Shown one piece after another: positions 55,399 through 64,000 of a stretch of 64,000 bases of DNA. This stretch comes from Nannocystaceae bacterium ST9 (GTDB lineage Bacteria > Myxococcota_A > Polyangia > Nannocystales > Nannocystaceae). Every line of letters begins with the position of its first letter. Position 1 is the first letter of the stretch. A program made the position numbers and the translations under genes. Location: contig JBLWFJ010000001.1 of the NCBI GenBank assembly GCA_048320885.1, positions 1,413,642 to 1,477,641 of the forward strand, given 5' to 3'. A model generated the notes under the pieces. The model did no database searches and was not told the origin of the DNA. It worked only from the letters and a program-made list of their open reading frames with translations.

Positions 55399-56862
55399 TC
55401 AGAAGTCGCCACCGCCACCACCGGCGTAGTCGGGCGCCGGGTTTTCGAATCGCGTGTGTCGCTTGATGAAGTTGAGGTTCACGGTCCCGATCGGGCCGTT
55501 GCGCTGCTTGCCGATGATGATCTCGGCCTTGTTCTCGACCTCGCGGACCTTCTCTTCCGGCGAGTCGGCCGGCAGATAGCGCTCCTCGCGATAGATGAAC
55601 ATGATCACGTCGGCGTCCTGCTCGATCGCCCCGGACTCGCGCAAGTCCGAGAGCTGCGGGCGATGATCGGCGCGCGAGTCGACGGCGCGGTTGAGCTGCG
55701 AGAGCGCGACGACCGGGACCTTGAGCTCCTTGGCCATCGCCTTGAGCCCGCGGCTGATCTCCGAGATCTCCTGCTCGCGCGAGTCGTAGCGGGCCTTGCC
55801 GCCGCGCGCGAGCTGAAGGTAGTCGACCATGATCAGGCCCAGCTGCTTGTGGTTGGCGGTCGGATCGTCGGGGTCGGGATCGGGGAAGATGGTTCGATCG
55901 TCGCGCCAGCGACGAGAGCGAGCGCGCAGCTCGAGGATGCTCGGCGCGGCGGTGTCGTCGATGTAGAGCGGCGCGTTCGAGATCCGATCGGCGGCCGCGA
56001 TCAGCCCGCGGAAGTCCTGCTCCATCATTCGCCCGCCGCGACGCAGCAGCGAGTAGTCGACCCGCGCCTCGCTGCACAGCACGCGCTCGACCAGCTGGGT
56101 CGCGCCCATCTCGAGCGAGAAGAAGAGCACCGGGAAGCGAGCCGGCCGCTGCTCGGGCGGCGCGTTGGCGAACTTCTGGGGCAGGATGCAGGCGTTCTGG
56201 GCGATGTTGAGCGCGAACGCGGTCTTGCCCATCGAGGGCCGGGCCGCGAGGATGACCAGGTCGCCGGGCTGCAGGCCCGCGGTCATCTCGTCGAGCTGGT
56301 AGAAGCCGGTCGACACGCCGGTGATCGGATCGGTCTGGCGCTGGCGCTCGGTGATGCCCTGGAACACCTCGAGCATCAGCTCGCGCGACGATCGGTAGGT
56401 GCTCTTGCGCCCGCGCTCGTTGACCTTGAGCACCCGCTGCTCGGCCGTGTCGACGTAGGCCCGGGGATCCTCGACCTCGCTCATGCCCTCCTCCGCGATC
56501 TCGCGGGTGACGACGACGAGGTTGCGGATCTGGGCGGCCTCGAGGATCAGCTCGGCGTGGGCCTTGATGTTGTGCGCGGTCGCGTAGCGATCGAGGCGAG
56601 CCAGGCCCTCGATCCCGCCGACCAACTCGAGCTCGCCCGTCCGCCGGAGCTGGGCCTCGAGCGTGATCACGTCGATCGGTTCGCCGCGCTCCTCGAGCAC
56701 GCGCATCGCTCGGAACGTGGCTTGGTAGGCCGGGACGTAGAAGTCGTCCTCGCCGATCAGCTCGAGCACTTCGCCGAGCGCATCGCGGCCGCGCAGCATG
56801 ACCCCGCCGAGCACGGCGGCTTCGGCTTCCTTGCGGTGGGGGAGCGTGCGAGGTTCGGCCAT
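55399..56862 (-). CDS. dnaB: Replicative DNA helicase DnaB
   Basis: N-terminal DnaB domain (EAEAAVLGGVML...). Walker A ARPSMGKTAFALNIAQN, Walker B LIMVDYLQL and the SQLNR arginine finger region. Start ATG 56862 or 56883. Confidence 0.9.
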   Translation of the reverse strand: MAEPRTLPHRKEAEAAVLGGVMLRGRDALGEVLELIGEDDFYVPAYQATFRAMRVLEERGEPIDVITLEAQLRRTGELELVGGIEGLARLDRYATAHNIKAHAELILEAAQIRNLVVVTREIAEEGMSEVEDPRAYVDTAEQRVLKVNERGRKSTYRSSRELMLEVFQGITERQRQTDPITGVSTGFYQLDEMTAGLQPGDLVILAARPSMGKTAFALNIAQNACILPQKFANAPPEQRPARFPVLFFSLEMGATQLVERVLCSEARVDYSLLRRGGRMMEQDFRGLIAAADRISNAPLYIDDTAAPSILELRARSRRWRDDRTIFPDPDPDDPTANHKQLGLIMVDYLQLARGGKARYDSREQEISEISRGLKAMAKELKVPVVALSQLNRAVDSRADHRPQLSDLRESGAIEQDADVIMFIYREERYLPADSPEEKVREVENKAEIIIGKQRNGPIGTVNLNFIKRHTRFENPAPDYAGGGGGDF

Positions 56863-57050
56863 CGGTCCCGGGCGGGGGGACACGGTGCCCCGACGCGCGG
56901 GCCGGGGGCAAGCCGCCCGCCGGCGCTTGTCTGGCCCAGATCATCGAATTGCGGCGCCCGCGATTCCCGCATGGCTCGGTTTTGCGACATGCACGCACTG
57001 GCGGCGCCGGCGATGGGCGCCGACCCCCGCCCGTGATAGGTTCACGCCGC

Positions 57051-58085
57051 ATGGCGCGGGTGCCCGAGAAGATCGGCCATTACGAGGTCAAGGGTCTGCT
57101 CGGCAAAGGGGCGATGGGTGAGGTGTACGAGGGCCTCGACCCCAGCCTCAACCGCCGCGTCGCGCTGAAGGTCCTCGGTCGCAAGCACCAGGAGTCGACC
57201 GAGTTCAAGAACCGCTTCCTCCGCGAGGGCCGAGCGCTGGCGGCGATGAACCACAACAACGTGGTTCAGGTGTACTTCATCGGCGAGTTCGAGGGCCGGC
57301 CCTTCCTGGCCATGGAGTTCCTCGACGGCGACGACATCGGCGGGCTGATCAAGAAGAACGGCCCGCTCTACCCCGGCGACGCGGCCGAGGTCGTGCGGCA
57401 GGCCGCGGTCGGGCTGCTCGAGGCCAAGCGGGTCGGCGTGGTCCACCGCGACGTCAAGCCATCGAACCTGGTCGTGACCAAGACCGGCGAGGTCAAGGTC
57501 ACCGACTTCGGCCTGGCCAAGGCGCTGCAAGAAGACCTGTCGATCACCGCGACCGGCGTGTTCGTCGGCACGCCCGACTACCTCGCGCCCGAGCAGGCGA
57601 TGGGCGAAGAGGTCGACTCGAGCGCCGACGTCTACGCGCTCGGTTGCTCGCTCTACCACATGTGCACGGGCAGCCCGCCCTTCCGCAAGGGCGGCAGCGA
57701 CGACCACTACACCGCCGTCGTCCGCCGTCACCTCAAGGCCGAGCGCCCGGTCCTCAAGCAGCAGATCCCGACCTTCGACGAGCCGCTCAGCGATCTGTGC
57801 CGACGCATGATGAGCCGCCGGCCCGACGTCCGGCCCACGCTCGAAGAGCTGATCGACTGCCTGCCCGAGATCTCCTCGCGACTCGGCGGTCGGATCCCCC
57901 CGCGCCACGCCGCCGTCGAGCTGATCTCGTCGCCGCCGCCCAACCCGGCCGAGCCGGCGCCCTCGAAGTCGGAGCCCGAGAAGCCCGAGAACCCGCTCGG
58001 CGGACGGACGCTCGCGATCGCGATCGGCGTGGGGATCGCGATCGGGGTCGTCGGCTCGTTGCTGGTCATGCTGTTGGCTAATTAG
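57051..58085 (+). CDS. Ser/Thr protein kinase with a C-terminal TM anchor
   Basis: Kinase motifs GKGAMGEVYEG, ALKVL, HRDVKPSN, DFG and APE. C-terminal helix LAIAIGVGIAIGVVGSLLVMLLAN. The upstream part of ORF 56949.. is junk. Confidence 0.85.
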   Translation: MARVPEKIGHYEVKGLLGKGAMGEVYEGLDPSLNRRVALKVLGRKHQESTEFKNRFLREGRALAAMNHNNVVQVYFIGEFEGRPFLAMEFLDGDDIGGLIKKNGPLYPGDAAEVVRQAAVGLLEAKRVGVVHRDVKPSNLVVTKTGEVKVTDFGLAKALQEDLSITATGVFVGTPDYLAPEQAMGEEVDSSADVYALGCSLYHMCTGSPPFRKGGSDDHYTAVVRRHLKAERPVLKQQIPTFDEPLSDLCRRMMSRRPDVRPTLEELIDCLPEISSRLGGRIPPRHAAVELISSPPPNPAEPAPSKSEPEKPENPLGGRTLAIAIGVGIAIGVVGSLLVMLLAN

Positions 58086-58260
58086 TCATAGGGAGGGCGT
58101 TCCGCCGCCCTCCCCCGCTTCGCGGGGCCCCCTCCTCACTGCCCTAGCGGGCCGCTCACTCCGGTTCGCGGTCGGTTGCGGGCGTCTCCTTGCTGCCGCT
58201 CACTCTGGTTCGTGGTCAAGCGCGTCCTCGCTGAATTCTGGAGGCGCTCGCGGGCCGCGG
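58086..58260. repeat. Dispersed copy (D) of the palindromic repeat-element family, immediately 3' of the kinase stop codon
   Basis: The stretch ggagggcgttccgccgccctcccccgcttcgcggggccccctcctcactgccct..cgggccgctcactccggttcgcggtcggttgcgg is about 100 nt near-identical to copy E at 60950. Confidence 0.8.
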
Positions 58261-58291
58261 ACGATCGGCGTGGCGTGATAGCTTCGCGGGC

Positions 58292-59134
58292 GTGAGCGGC
58301 TTCGATCCCAATTGGCATCCCGAGGGGGCCGTGTGTGCCAAGGCGCTGCGCGAGCGGTTGCCTGGGCTCGCGCCGGTCGACTGGCTGATCATCGGTGGCT
58401 CGGGCATCGGGCGGCCGCTGGTCGAGCAGGGCGAGCATGGGCTCGGGCTTCGCGTGCTGCATTCGGTCGCGCTGGCCGAGCTCGGGTTGCCGGCGCCGAG
58501 CGTGCCGGGGCACGGCAGCGCGCTGGTGATCGGCGAGCTCGATCGCGAGGGCGGCGGGGCGCCGATCCGCGTGGCGGTGCAGACCGGGCGCATCCATCCT
58601 TACGAGGGGCACTCGGTCGGCCTGGTCTGCGCGCCGCTCGGGGCGATGTTCGAGGTCGGGGTCGGTCGCGTGCTGCTGACGGCGGCGGTCGGCGGGGTCG
58701 ATCCCATGCTGCGCGTCGGGGCGATCGTCAGCTTCCGCGATCAGATGGCCCTCTTCGCTCCGACGCCGCTGCGTGGGGCGGCGTTCGTCGACTGCTCGAA
58801 CCTCTACGATCGCGAGCTTCGCAAGGCGCTGCGCCAGCAGGCCGGCGATCCCTCGATCCTGCCCGAGGTCGTGTACGGCCACGCTCGCGGCCCGCAGTAC
58901 GAGAGCCCGGCCGAGGTCGCGGCGCTGCGCCTGCTCGGCGCCGACGTGGTCGGGATGTCGACGACCTACGAGGCGATCCTGGCCGCGGCCCATCGCGTGC
59001 CCTGCTGTGGGCTCGGCGTGGTCACCAACGCGGCCGGCAGCGAGGCGCTCTCGCACGTCGAGGTCGAGCGCGAGTCGATCAAGGCGCGCGGGCGCCTGGT
59101 CGCGATCCTCCGCAAGCTGATCCAGAGCGCGTGA
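58292..59134 (+). CDS. Purine nucleoside phosphorylase family protein (PunA/MtnP-type)
   Basis: GTG start. The phosphate-binding N-terminus (LIIGGSGIG) and the C-terminal VVTNAAG signature are typical of the PNP/MTAP family. Confidence 0.75.
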   Translation: MSGFDPNWHPEGAVCAKALRERLPGLAPVDWLIIGGSGIGRPLVEQGEHGLGLRVLHSVALAELGLPAPSVPGHGSALVIGELDREGGGAPIRVAVQTGRIHPYEGHSVGLVCAPLGAMFEVGVGRVLLTAAVGGVDPMLRVGAIVSFRDQMALFAPTPLRGAAFVDCSNLYDRELRKALRQQAGDPSILPEVVYGHARGPQYESPAEVAALRLLGADVVGMSTTYEAILAAAHRVPCCGLGVVTNAAGSEALSHVEVERESIKARGRLVAILRKLIQSA

Positions 59135-59904
59135 TGGGCGACCTCGGCAAGACCACTCGAACCGCGTTGATCACCGGAGCCTCGAGCGGGATCGGGGCCG
59201 CGCTCGCGCGAGCGCTCGCTCGCCAGGGCATCGAGGTGGTGATCGCGGCTCGCCGCGAGGCCGCGCTGCGCGAGCTCGCCTCCACGATCGAGGCCGAGGG
59301 CGGCAAGGCCCGCGTGCTCGCGCTCGACGTCCGCGAGCCCGAAGCGACGGTCGAGGCGATCCAGGCGATCGACGCAGAGCTCGGTGGACTCGATCTGGTC
59401 GTCGCCAACGCGGGCGTCGGTCAGCAGCGCTGGGCCGGCAAGCTCGACTGGCAGGCGTGCAGCCAGGTCATCGACGTCAACGTGCGGGGTGCCGTCGCCA
59501 CCTTGGTCGCGGTGCTGCCGAAGATGGTCGAGCGCGGCCGCGGGCGATTGGTCGGGATCTCGAGCGTCGCGCAGTACCGCGGCCTGCCCAAGAACGCGGC
59601 CTACAGCGCGAGCAAGGCGTTCCTCAGCACCTTCCTCGAGAGCCTGCGCGTCGACCTGCGCCGGACCGGCGTCAGCGTGACCGACGTGCGCCCAGGCTTC
59701 GTCGACACGCCGCTGAGCGCCGCGGTCCCGCGCAAGCCCTTCGAGATCGACGCCGACGCGGCCGCCCGCCTGATCGTCGACGCGGTCGATCGTCGCCGTC
59801 GCGTGCTGGTGTTCCCGCTGCCGATGCGGATGTTGGGGGCGCTGCTGACCGTGATGCCGGCCGCGATCTACGAGCCGATCGTCGGCGGCGCGACCAAAAA
59901 GTAG
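59134..59904 (+). CDS. SDR-family short-chain dehydrogenase/reductase
   Basis: TGASSGIG cofactor motif, NAG, and the YSASK catalytic tetrad. The ATG overlaps the upstream stop. Confidence 0.85.
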   Translation: MGDLGKTTRTALITGASSGIGAALARALARQGIEVVIAARREAALRELASTIEAEGGKARVLALDVREPEATVEAIQAIDAELGGLDLVVANAGVGQQRWAGKLDWQACSQVIDVNVRGAVATLVAVLPKMVERGRGRLVGISSVAQYRGLPKNAAYSASKAFLSTFLESLRVDLRRTGVSVTDVRPGFVDTPLSAAVPRKPFEIDADAAARLIVDAVDRRRRVLVFPLPMRMLGALLTVMPAAIYEPIVGGATKK

Positions 59905-60063
59905 GTGGGGATCGCGCCGGCCCGCCTGCGAGGCCTGCGAGTTCTCTCCTGACGACGCGAGAATTCACTGCTTGCCCGGTTCGGCGGCGCTGGCTATAAC
60001 GTGCACGAGCGTTGAAAACGACTTTCAATGCTTCCTCCAGGTCCGCCGTCCCCGAGAGTCTGC

Positions 60064-60258
60064 ATGCTCGTCTGCCTCTGCAAGGGTGTCTCCGACCGCC
60101 GCATCACCGAAGAGATCCGCCGTGGCGCCTGCACGCTGCAAGCGATCCAAGACGGCTGCCAGGCGGGCACGGACTGCAAGAGCTGTGTTCGGCAGATCCG
60201 TCAGATGCTCGCCGGCCAGGGCCACGCTCGCCAGGACGCCGGCGATCTCGGCGGCTGA
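60064..60258 (+). CDS. bfd: Bacterioferritin-associated ferredoxin (BFD-like [2Fe-2S] domain)
   Basis: MLVCLCKGVSDRRITEEIRRGACTLQAIQDGCQAGTDCKSC carries the C.C...C..C arrangement and lies directly upstream of bfr. Confidence 0.7.
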   Translation: MLVCLCKGVSDRRITEEIRRGACTLQAIQDGCQAGTDCKSCVRQIRQMLAGQGHARQDAGDLGG

Positions 60259-60417
60259 GCCCGCTGGCGCTGGATGAAAGCGACTTTCATCCCCGCGCCG
60301 ACTCGGGCCGAAGCTCGCGAGGCGCCCGCGAGTTGAAAGTGGCAGTCGGCTTCGTTGCGCCGACCCATCGTCACGCAGCGATTGCAGCCGCAGCGTCGCT
60401 TGCCTAGGGTGAGCGCG

Positions 60418-60888
60418 ATGAAGGGCAAGCCAGAGATCATCGATCTGCTCAACGAGGTACTGACCGCGGAGCTCACCGCCATCAATCAGTACTTCATCCA
60501 CGCCAAGATGCTGCAGAACTGGGGCCTGCTGCGTCTCGCGGGCAAGGTCCGCGCCGAGTCGATCGACGAAATGAAGCACGCCGACGCACTGATCGAGCGC
60601 ATCTTGTATCTGGAGGGCATCCCCAACCTCCAGCGGCTCGGCAAGGTCAACGTCGGCGAGACGCCCAAGGAGCAGCTCCAGCTCGACTTGGCCGTCGAGC
60701 ACGAGGCGCTCGCTCGCTTCAATCGCGGCGTCGCGCTCTGCCGCGACCTCGGTGACAACGGCAGCCGCGAGCTGCTCGAGCGAATGCTGATCTCCGAAGA
60801 GGAGCACACCGATTGGCTCGAGACTCAGCTCGACTTGATCGCTCGGCTCGGCGAGGTCCAGTACCTCGCGCAGCAGCTCGGAGGTTGA
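60418..60888 (+). CDS. bfr: Bacterioferritin
   Basis: [36 protein letters not shown]... is the canonical Bfr N-terminus, including the haem-ligand Met region. Confidence 0.9.
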   Translation: MKGKPEIIDLLNEVLTAELTAINQYFIHAKMLQNWGLLRLAGKVRAESIDEMKHADALIERILYLEGIPNLQRLGKVNVGETPKEQLQLDLAVEHEALARFNRGVALCRDLGDNGSRELLERMLISEEEHTDWLETQLDLIARLGEVQYLAQQLGG

Positions 60889-60899
60889 GCAGACCCTCC

Positions 60900-61075
60900 G
60901 CGAACGAGCGAGCGAACGCGATCGCGGACAGCCCGAAGCGGTTTTATGGAGGGCGTTCCGCCGCCCTCCCCCGCTTCGCGGGGCCCCCTCCTCACTGCCC
61001 TCTCGGGCCGCTCACTCCGGTTCGCGGTCGGTTGCGGAGGTCTCTGAATTTCTGGAGGGGGTTCCGCCCTCGCTA
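60900..61075. repeat. Dispersed copy (E) of the palindromic repeat-element family, immediately 3' of the bfr stop
   Basis: Contains both the gagcgagcgaacgcga end-motif and the GGAGGGCG-TTCCGC-CGCCCTCC hairpin module. Confidence 0.8.
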
Positions 61076-61081
61076 GCGTTC

Positions 61082-61510
61082 TCACAGCACGCTGTAGCGA
61101 GTGCCGCGAGCCTTGCCGTGCCAGGTGACCAGCTCGGCCTCGATCAGGCGCGCGACCGCCTTGCGAACCTGCAGGGACGTCCCGTTGATGTGGTTGCGGA
61201 TCTCGGTCGCCGACACGGGCTCTTCGGACGCGCGGATGAACTCCAGCACGCGCGCATCGTAGTCGCGCCGGCCGGCGGCGGTCCGCGTGTTGACGTCCTC
61301 CTCTTCGGCCCGGCTGCGCGCCAGCTCGTCCATGTCGGCGTGCAGCGACTCGCGACCGGCGCGAATGACTTCGCCGACGGTCACGCTCGAGAGCAGGCCG
61401 GAGAACTGGCCGCGGCTGAGCTTCGAGAGCTCGGCGAGCGTCATTTCGGGGTGGGCGCGGATCAAGTCGAGGAAGACCGTGCGCTGCACGTCCTTCACCG
61501 CCTCGGACAT
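61082..61510 (-). CDS. Winged-helix DNA-binding protein, hypothetical
   Basis: ATG at 61510 (MSEAVKDVQRTVFLDLIRAHPEMTLAELSKLS...). The C-terminal ATEIRNHINGTSLQVRKAVARLIEAELV is wHTH-like. Confidence 0.5.
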   Translation of the reverse strand: MSEAVKDVQRTVFLDLIRAHPEMTLAELSKLSRGQFSGLLSSVTVGEVIRAGRESLHADMDELARSRAEEEDVNTRTAAGRRDYDARVLEFIRASEEPVSATEIRNHINGTSLQVRKAVARLIEAELVTWHGKARGTRYSVL

Positions 61511-61909
61511 TTCCCGTTCGAAACTCGACACACGGACAAGATAGCAGAGCGCCTGGGTGAGCACTATCCCCCCGCGTGGATCGATGGGGGATATACATAA
61601 CACTCCCAACCCTGGTGATCGGCAAACCGCCGCGAGCGCCCCTGGAACGTTCGATTGCGGCAAACCGACCAGGTGTCGTACATCTCGGCACCTGCTGAAA
61701 TGAACATGATTGTTCGTCGAGCGAGTACCGAGATGCGCCCTGGAAGCCGGCGCCACTGGTCCGATTCGAGCATTGCCGCCGGTTCGCCTGGAGTGTGATC
61801 AATCCCCCGCGCGCGCTTTGGCCCCACGATCACGTGCGTTAGTACACGTATTCACAGTAAGCGGCCCCGGGGTCGGCAGCGCCGCCCCGAGGCCCCGACT
61901 CGCGCTCGG

Positions 61910-64000
61910 TCAGTCCTTCAGGTGCCGGCCGAGCCAGCCCAACACTTCGTCGTGCCACTGCTTGGAGTTGGCCGGGTTCAGCACCCAATGATTCTCGTCG
62001 GGGAAGTGCAGGAAGCGACTCTCGATACCGCGCCGCTGCAGGGCGGTGAAGGTCGAGAGGCCCTGCTCGACCGGGACCCGATAATCGAGCGAGCCGTGCA
62101 CGACCAGCATCGGGGTCTTCCAGGCCTCGACGTGGGCGACCGGATTGAAGCGCGCGTAGCCGTCGCGGTTGGCGAACTCGGGCCCGCCGAACTCCCACTC
62201 GGGGAACCACTGCTCTTCGGTCGAGTAGTACATCGAGCGCTGATCGAAGATCCCGTCGTGGTTGACCAGGCAGCGGAAGCCCTCCGGCCACTGCCCGGCG
62301 ATCCAGTTGATCATGAACCCGCCGTACGAGGCCCCGAGCGCGCAGGCTCGCTCGCCGTCGAGCCAGGGGTAGGTCGCGCGCGCGTGCGCGAGCCCGAGCT
62401 TCAGATCGTCGAGCGGCTTGCCGCCCCAGTCGCCCTGGATCGCGTCGGTGAACGCCTGGCCGTAGCCGGTCGAGCCGTGGAAGTCGATCATGATCGCCGC
62501 GTAGCCGGCCCCCGCGTAGGTCTGCGGGTTCCAGCGAAAGTGGAAGTGATCGCCGAACGAGCCCTGCGGGCCGCCGTGGATCAAGAACGCGATCGGATAG
62601 GTCTTGGCCGGATCGAAGTCGACCGGCTTGACCACCCACCCGTAGACCGTGTCGCCACCGCCACCCGTGAACTGGAATTGCTCGGCCTCGCCGAGCTTGG
62701 TGCGAGCCATCAGCTCGTCGTTGTGGTGGGTCAGCGGGGCCGACTCGCCGACCGGCTGGCCCTGCGCGTCGAGCTGGGCCGACCACAGCTCGGGCGCGTG
62801 GCGAAGATCGTCGTGCACGAACACCAGGCGATCCTTGCCGACTTGCAGGTTGGCGGCGGTGCCCTGCGCGTCGATGACCGTGGGCTCGCCGCTCGCGAGA
62901 TCGACCGTGAAGATCGCGACGTGGCCGAGCTGCTGGGCGAGCACCCAGGCCCGATCGCCGGCGGGCGCGAGCACGAACTGATCGACCGAGCGATCCCAGG
63001 CCGCGGTGATCGTCCGCGGCTCGCCCTCGAGCCCGCCGCCGGTCCACGCCTGGCTGGTCAGCGCGAAGCGGTCGGCCTCGTAGCCCGGGCGAGCCATCGC
63101 CTTCCAGACCAGGGTCTTGCCGTCGGGCGTGAACGCGGGCTCGGTGTCCCAGGCCGGGTTGCTGGTCAGGCGCGTCGGCGGCTTGCTGCCGTCGATCGGG
63201 ACCACGTAGAGATCGAAGTTGGTCGAGAAGGGCTCGCCCGGACCGCCCGCGGCGTCGCGGGCCGCGAACACCAGCTGGGCGCCGTCGGGCGTGAACGTGA
63301 ATTCCTCGGGGCCGCCGAAGGGCTTCGAGGGCGCGTCGGCATCGAGCGCGCGGGTCAGGATCGTCGCGTCCTTGGTCTTGGTCGCGATCGTCAGGGCCAG
63401 CAGCGCGCTGCGTCGATCGTCGGCCCAGGTGTCCCAGTGGCGCACGAACATGCGATCGTAGGCGTGCCCGGTCGCGGGATCGGCCTCGCGCTCGCGCAGG
63501 CGATCGGCCGTGCACTGCAAGGTCTCGCAGTCGGGGAACAGCTCGGCGCCGACGATCAGCGTCTTGCCGTCCGGCGAGAGCTCGAGGTTGCCGACCGGGA
63601 CCGGCAGGTCGCTGATCTGCTCGAGCGCGCCCGCGGCCCGGCTCTCGAACGCCACGCGCCAGACCTGCATCGAGCCCGAGCGCTTGGACAGGAAGTAGAT
63701 CCACTTGCCATCGGCCGACCACAGCGGCGAGTTCAGGCCCTTGGGGTGCGCGTCGAGGCGCAGCGGCGTGCCGCCCTCCGTGCCGATCACCCACAGGCTG
63801 GTCCGGCCGAGGTTGGCCTGCATGTCGGTCTCGCGCAGCACGTAGGCGATCCGGGTGCCGTCGGGCGAGAGCGCGGGCGTCTGCACGCGATCGACCTCGA
63901 GCAGATCGAGGACCGAGAAGGGGTGCTCGCCGGCCGGCGCGATCGGGGCGATCACCACCGGCTCGTCGGACTCGGGCGTGGTCGTGGTCGTGGTCGTGGT
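61910..64000 (-). CDS. S9-family prolyl oligopeptidase / dipeptidyl aminopeptidase (beta-propeller + alpha/beta hydrolase), N-terminus beyond the window
   Basis: The WD40-like propeller half is followed by the GASYGG nucleophile elbow, with Asp/His later. The frame stays open past 64000 (TTTTTTTPESDEP linker), so the gene is 5'-partial. Confidence 0.85.
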   Translation of the reverse strand, partial: TTTTTTTTPESDEPVVIAPIAPAGEHPFSVLDLLEVDRVQTPALSPDGTRIAYVLRETDMQANLGRTSLWVIGTEGGTPLRLDAHPKGLNSPLWSADGKWIYFLSKRSGSMQVWRVAFESRAAGALEQISDLPVPVGNLELSPDGKTLIVGAELFPDCETLQCTADRLREREADPATGHAYDRMFVRHWDTWADDRRSALLALTIATKTKDATILTRALDADAPSKPFGGPEEFTFTPDGAQLVFAARDAAGGPGEPFSTNFDLYVVPIDGSKPPTRLTSNPAWDTEPAFTPDGKTLVWKAMARPGYEADRFALTSQAWTGGGLEGEPRTITAAWDRSVDQFVLAPAGDRAWVLAQQLGHVAIFTVDLASGEPTVIDAQGTAANLQVGKDRLVFVHDDLRHAPELWSAQLDAQGQPVGESAPLTHHNDELMARTKLGEAEQFQFTGGGGDTVYGWVVKPVDFDPAKTYPIAFLIHGGPQGSFGDHFHFRWNPQTYAGAGYAAIMIDFHGSTGYGQAFTDAIQGDWGGKPLDDLKLGLAHARATYPWLDGERACALGASYGGFMINWIAGQWPEGFRCLVNHDGIFDQRSMYYSTEEQWFPEWEFGGPEFANRDGYARFNPVAHVEAWKTPMLVVHGSLDYRVPVEQGLSTFTALQRRGIESRFLHFPDENHWVLNPANSKQWHDEVLGWLGRHLKD

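Noticed and set aside
55091-57052. 653-aa minus ORF
   Set aside because: Out of frame with, and overlapping, dnaB, and R/G/P-rich. Only its last 58 codons, the small lipoprotein, look genuine.

Overview
High-GC (~70%) chromosomal segment with myxobacterium-like content: at least five Hanks-type Ser/Thr kinases, including a giant kinase–STAND ATPase fusion, a tandem pair of bacterial dynamin-like GTPases, two ECF sigma factors, and many Cys-rich secreted or lipoproteins. I call about 55 CDS. Housekeeping genes are dnaB, ttcA, bfr/bfd, a TPP-dependent enzyme, a purine nucleoside phosphorylase and an SDR oxidoreductase. Most of the very long R/G/P/A-rich ORFs in the six-frame track are antisense or alternative-frame artefacts of the high GC.

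The most interesting stretch is a seven-gene minus-strand operon at 5530–14258. An 82-aa Asp/Thr-rich peptide gene sits in a local low-GC pocket, carries a Gly-Gly motif, and is followed by a perfect 8-bp hairpin. Downstream come a hypothetical protein, a JmjC/cupin-4 2OG oxygenase, a polytopic membrane protein resembling the vitamin-K gamma-carboxylase (HTTM) superfamily, a ~970-aa membrane-anchored beta-sandwich repeat + PDZ protein, and an ABC exporter, all with overlapping start/stop codons. This looks like an undescribed ribosomally made, post-translationally modified acidic peptide system, possibly combining hydroxylation with carboxylase-like chemistry.

Other points worth a second look:
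- A family of GC-rich palindromic repeat elements, one nested cluster at 52938–53535 and dispersed copies at 58086 and 60900, each placed immediately 3' of a stop codon, with compensatory base changes that preserve the hairpin.
- A lower-GC island at 41.1–45.7 kb encoding a 1001-aa polymorphic-toxin-like protein with a C-terminal NucA/EndoG-like nuclease, followed by a DUF222-HNH endonuclease.
- Two homopolymer-associated frameshifts, one in a zinc-ribbon membrane protein next to the STAND kinase and one in a secreted Thr/Asp-repeat protein in a second low-GC islet.
- Coding tandem repeats: a histone-H1-like KKKPAA tail on one protein, and short repeats at both ends of ttcA.
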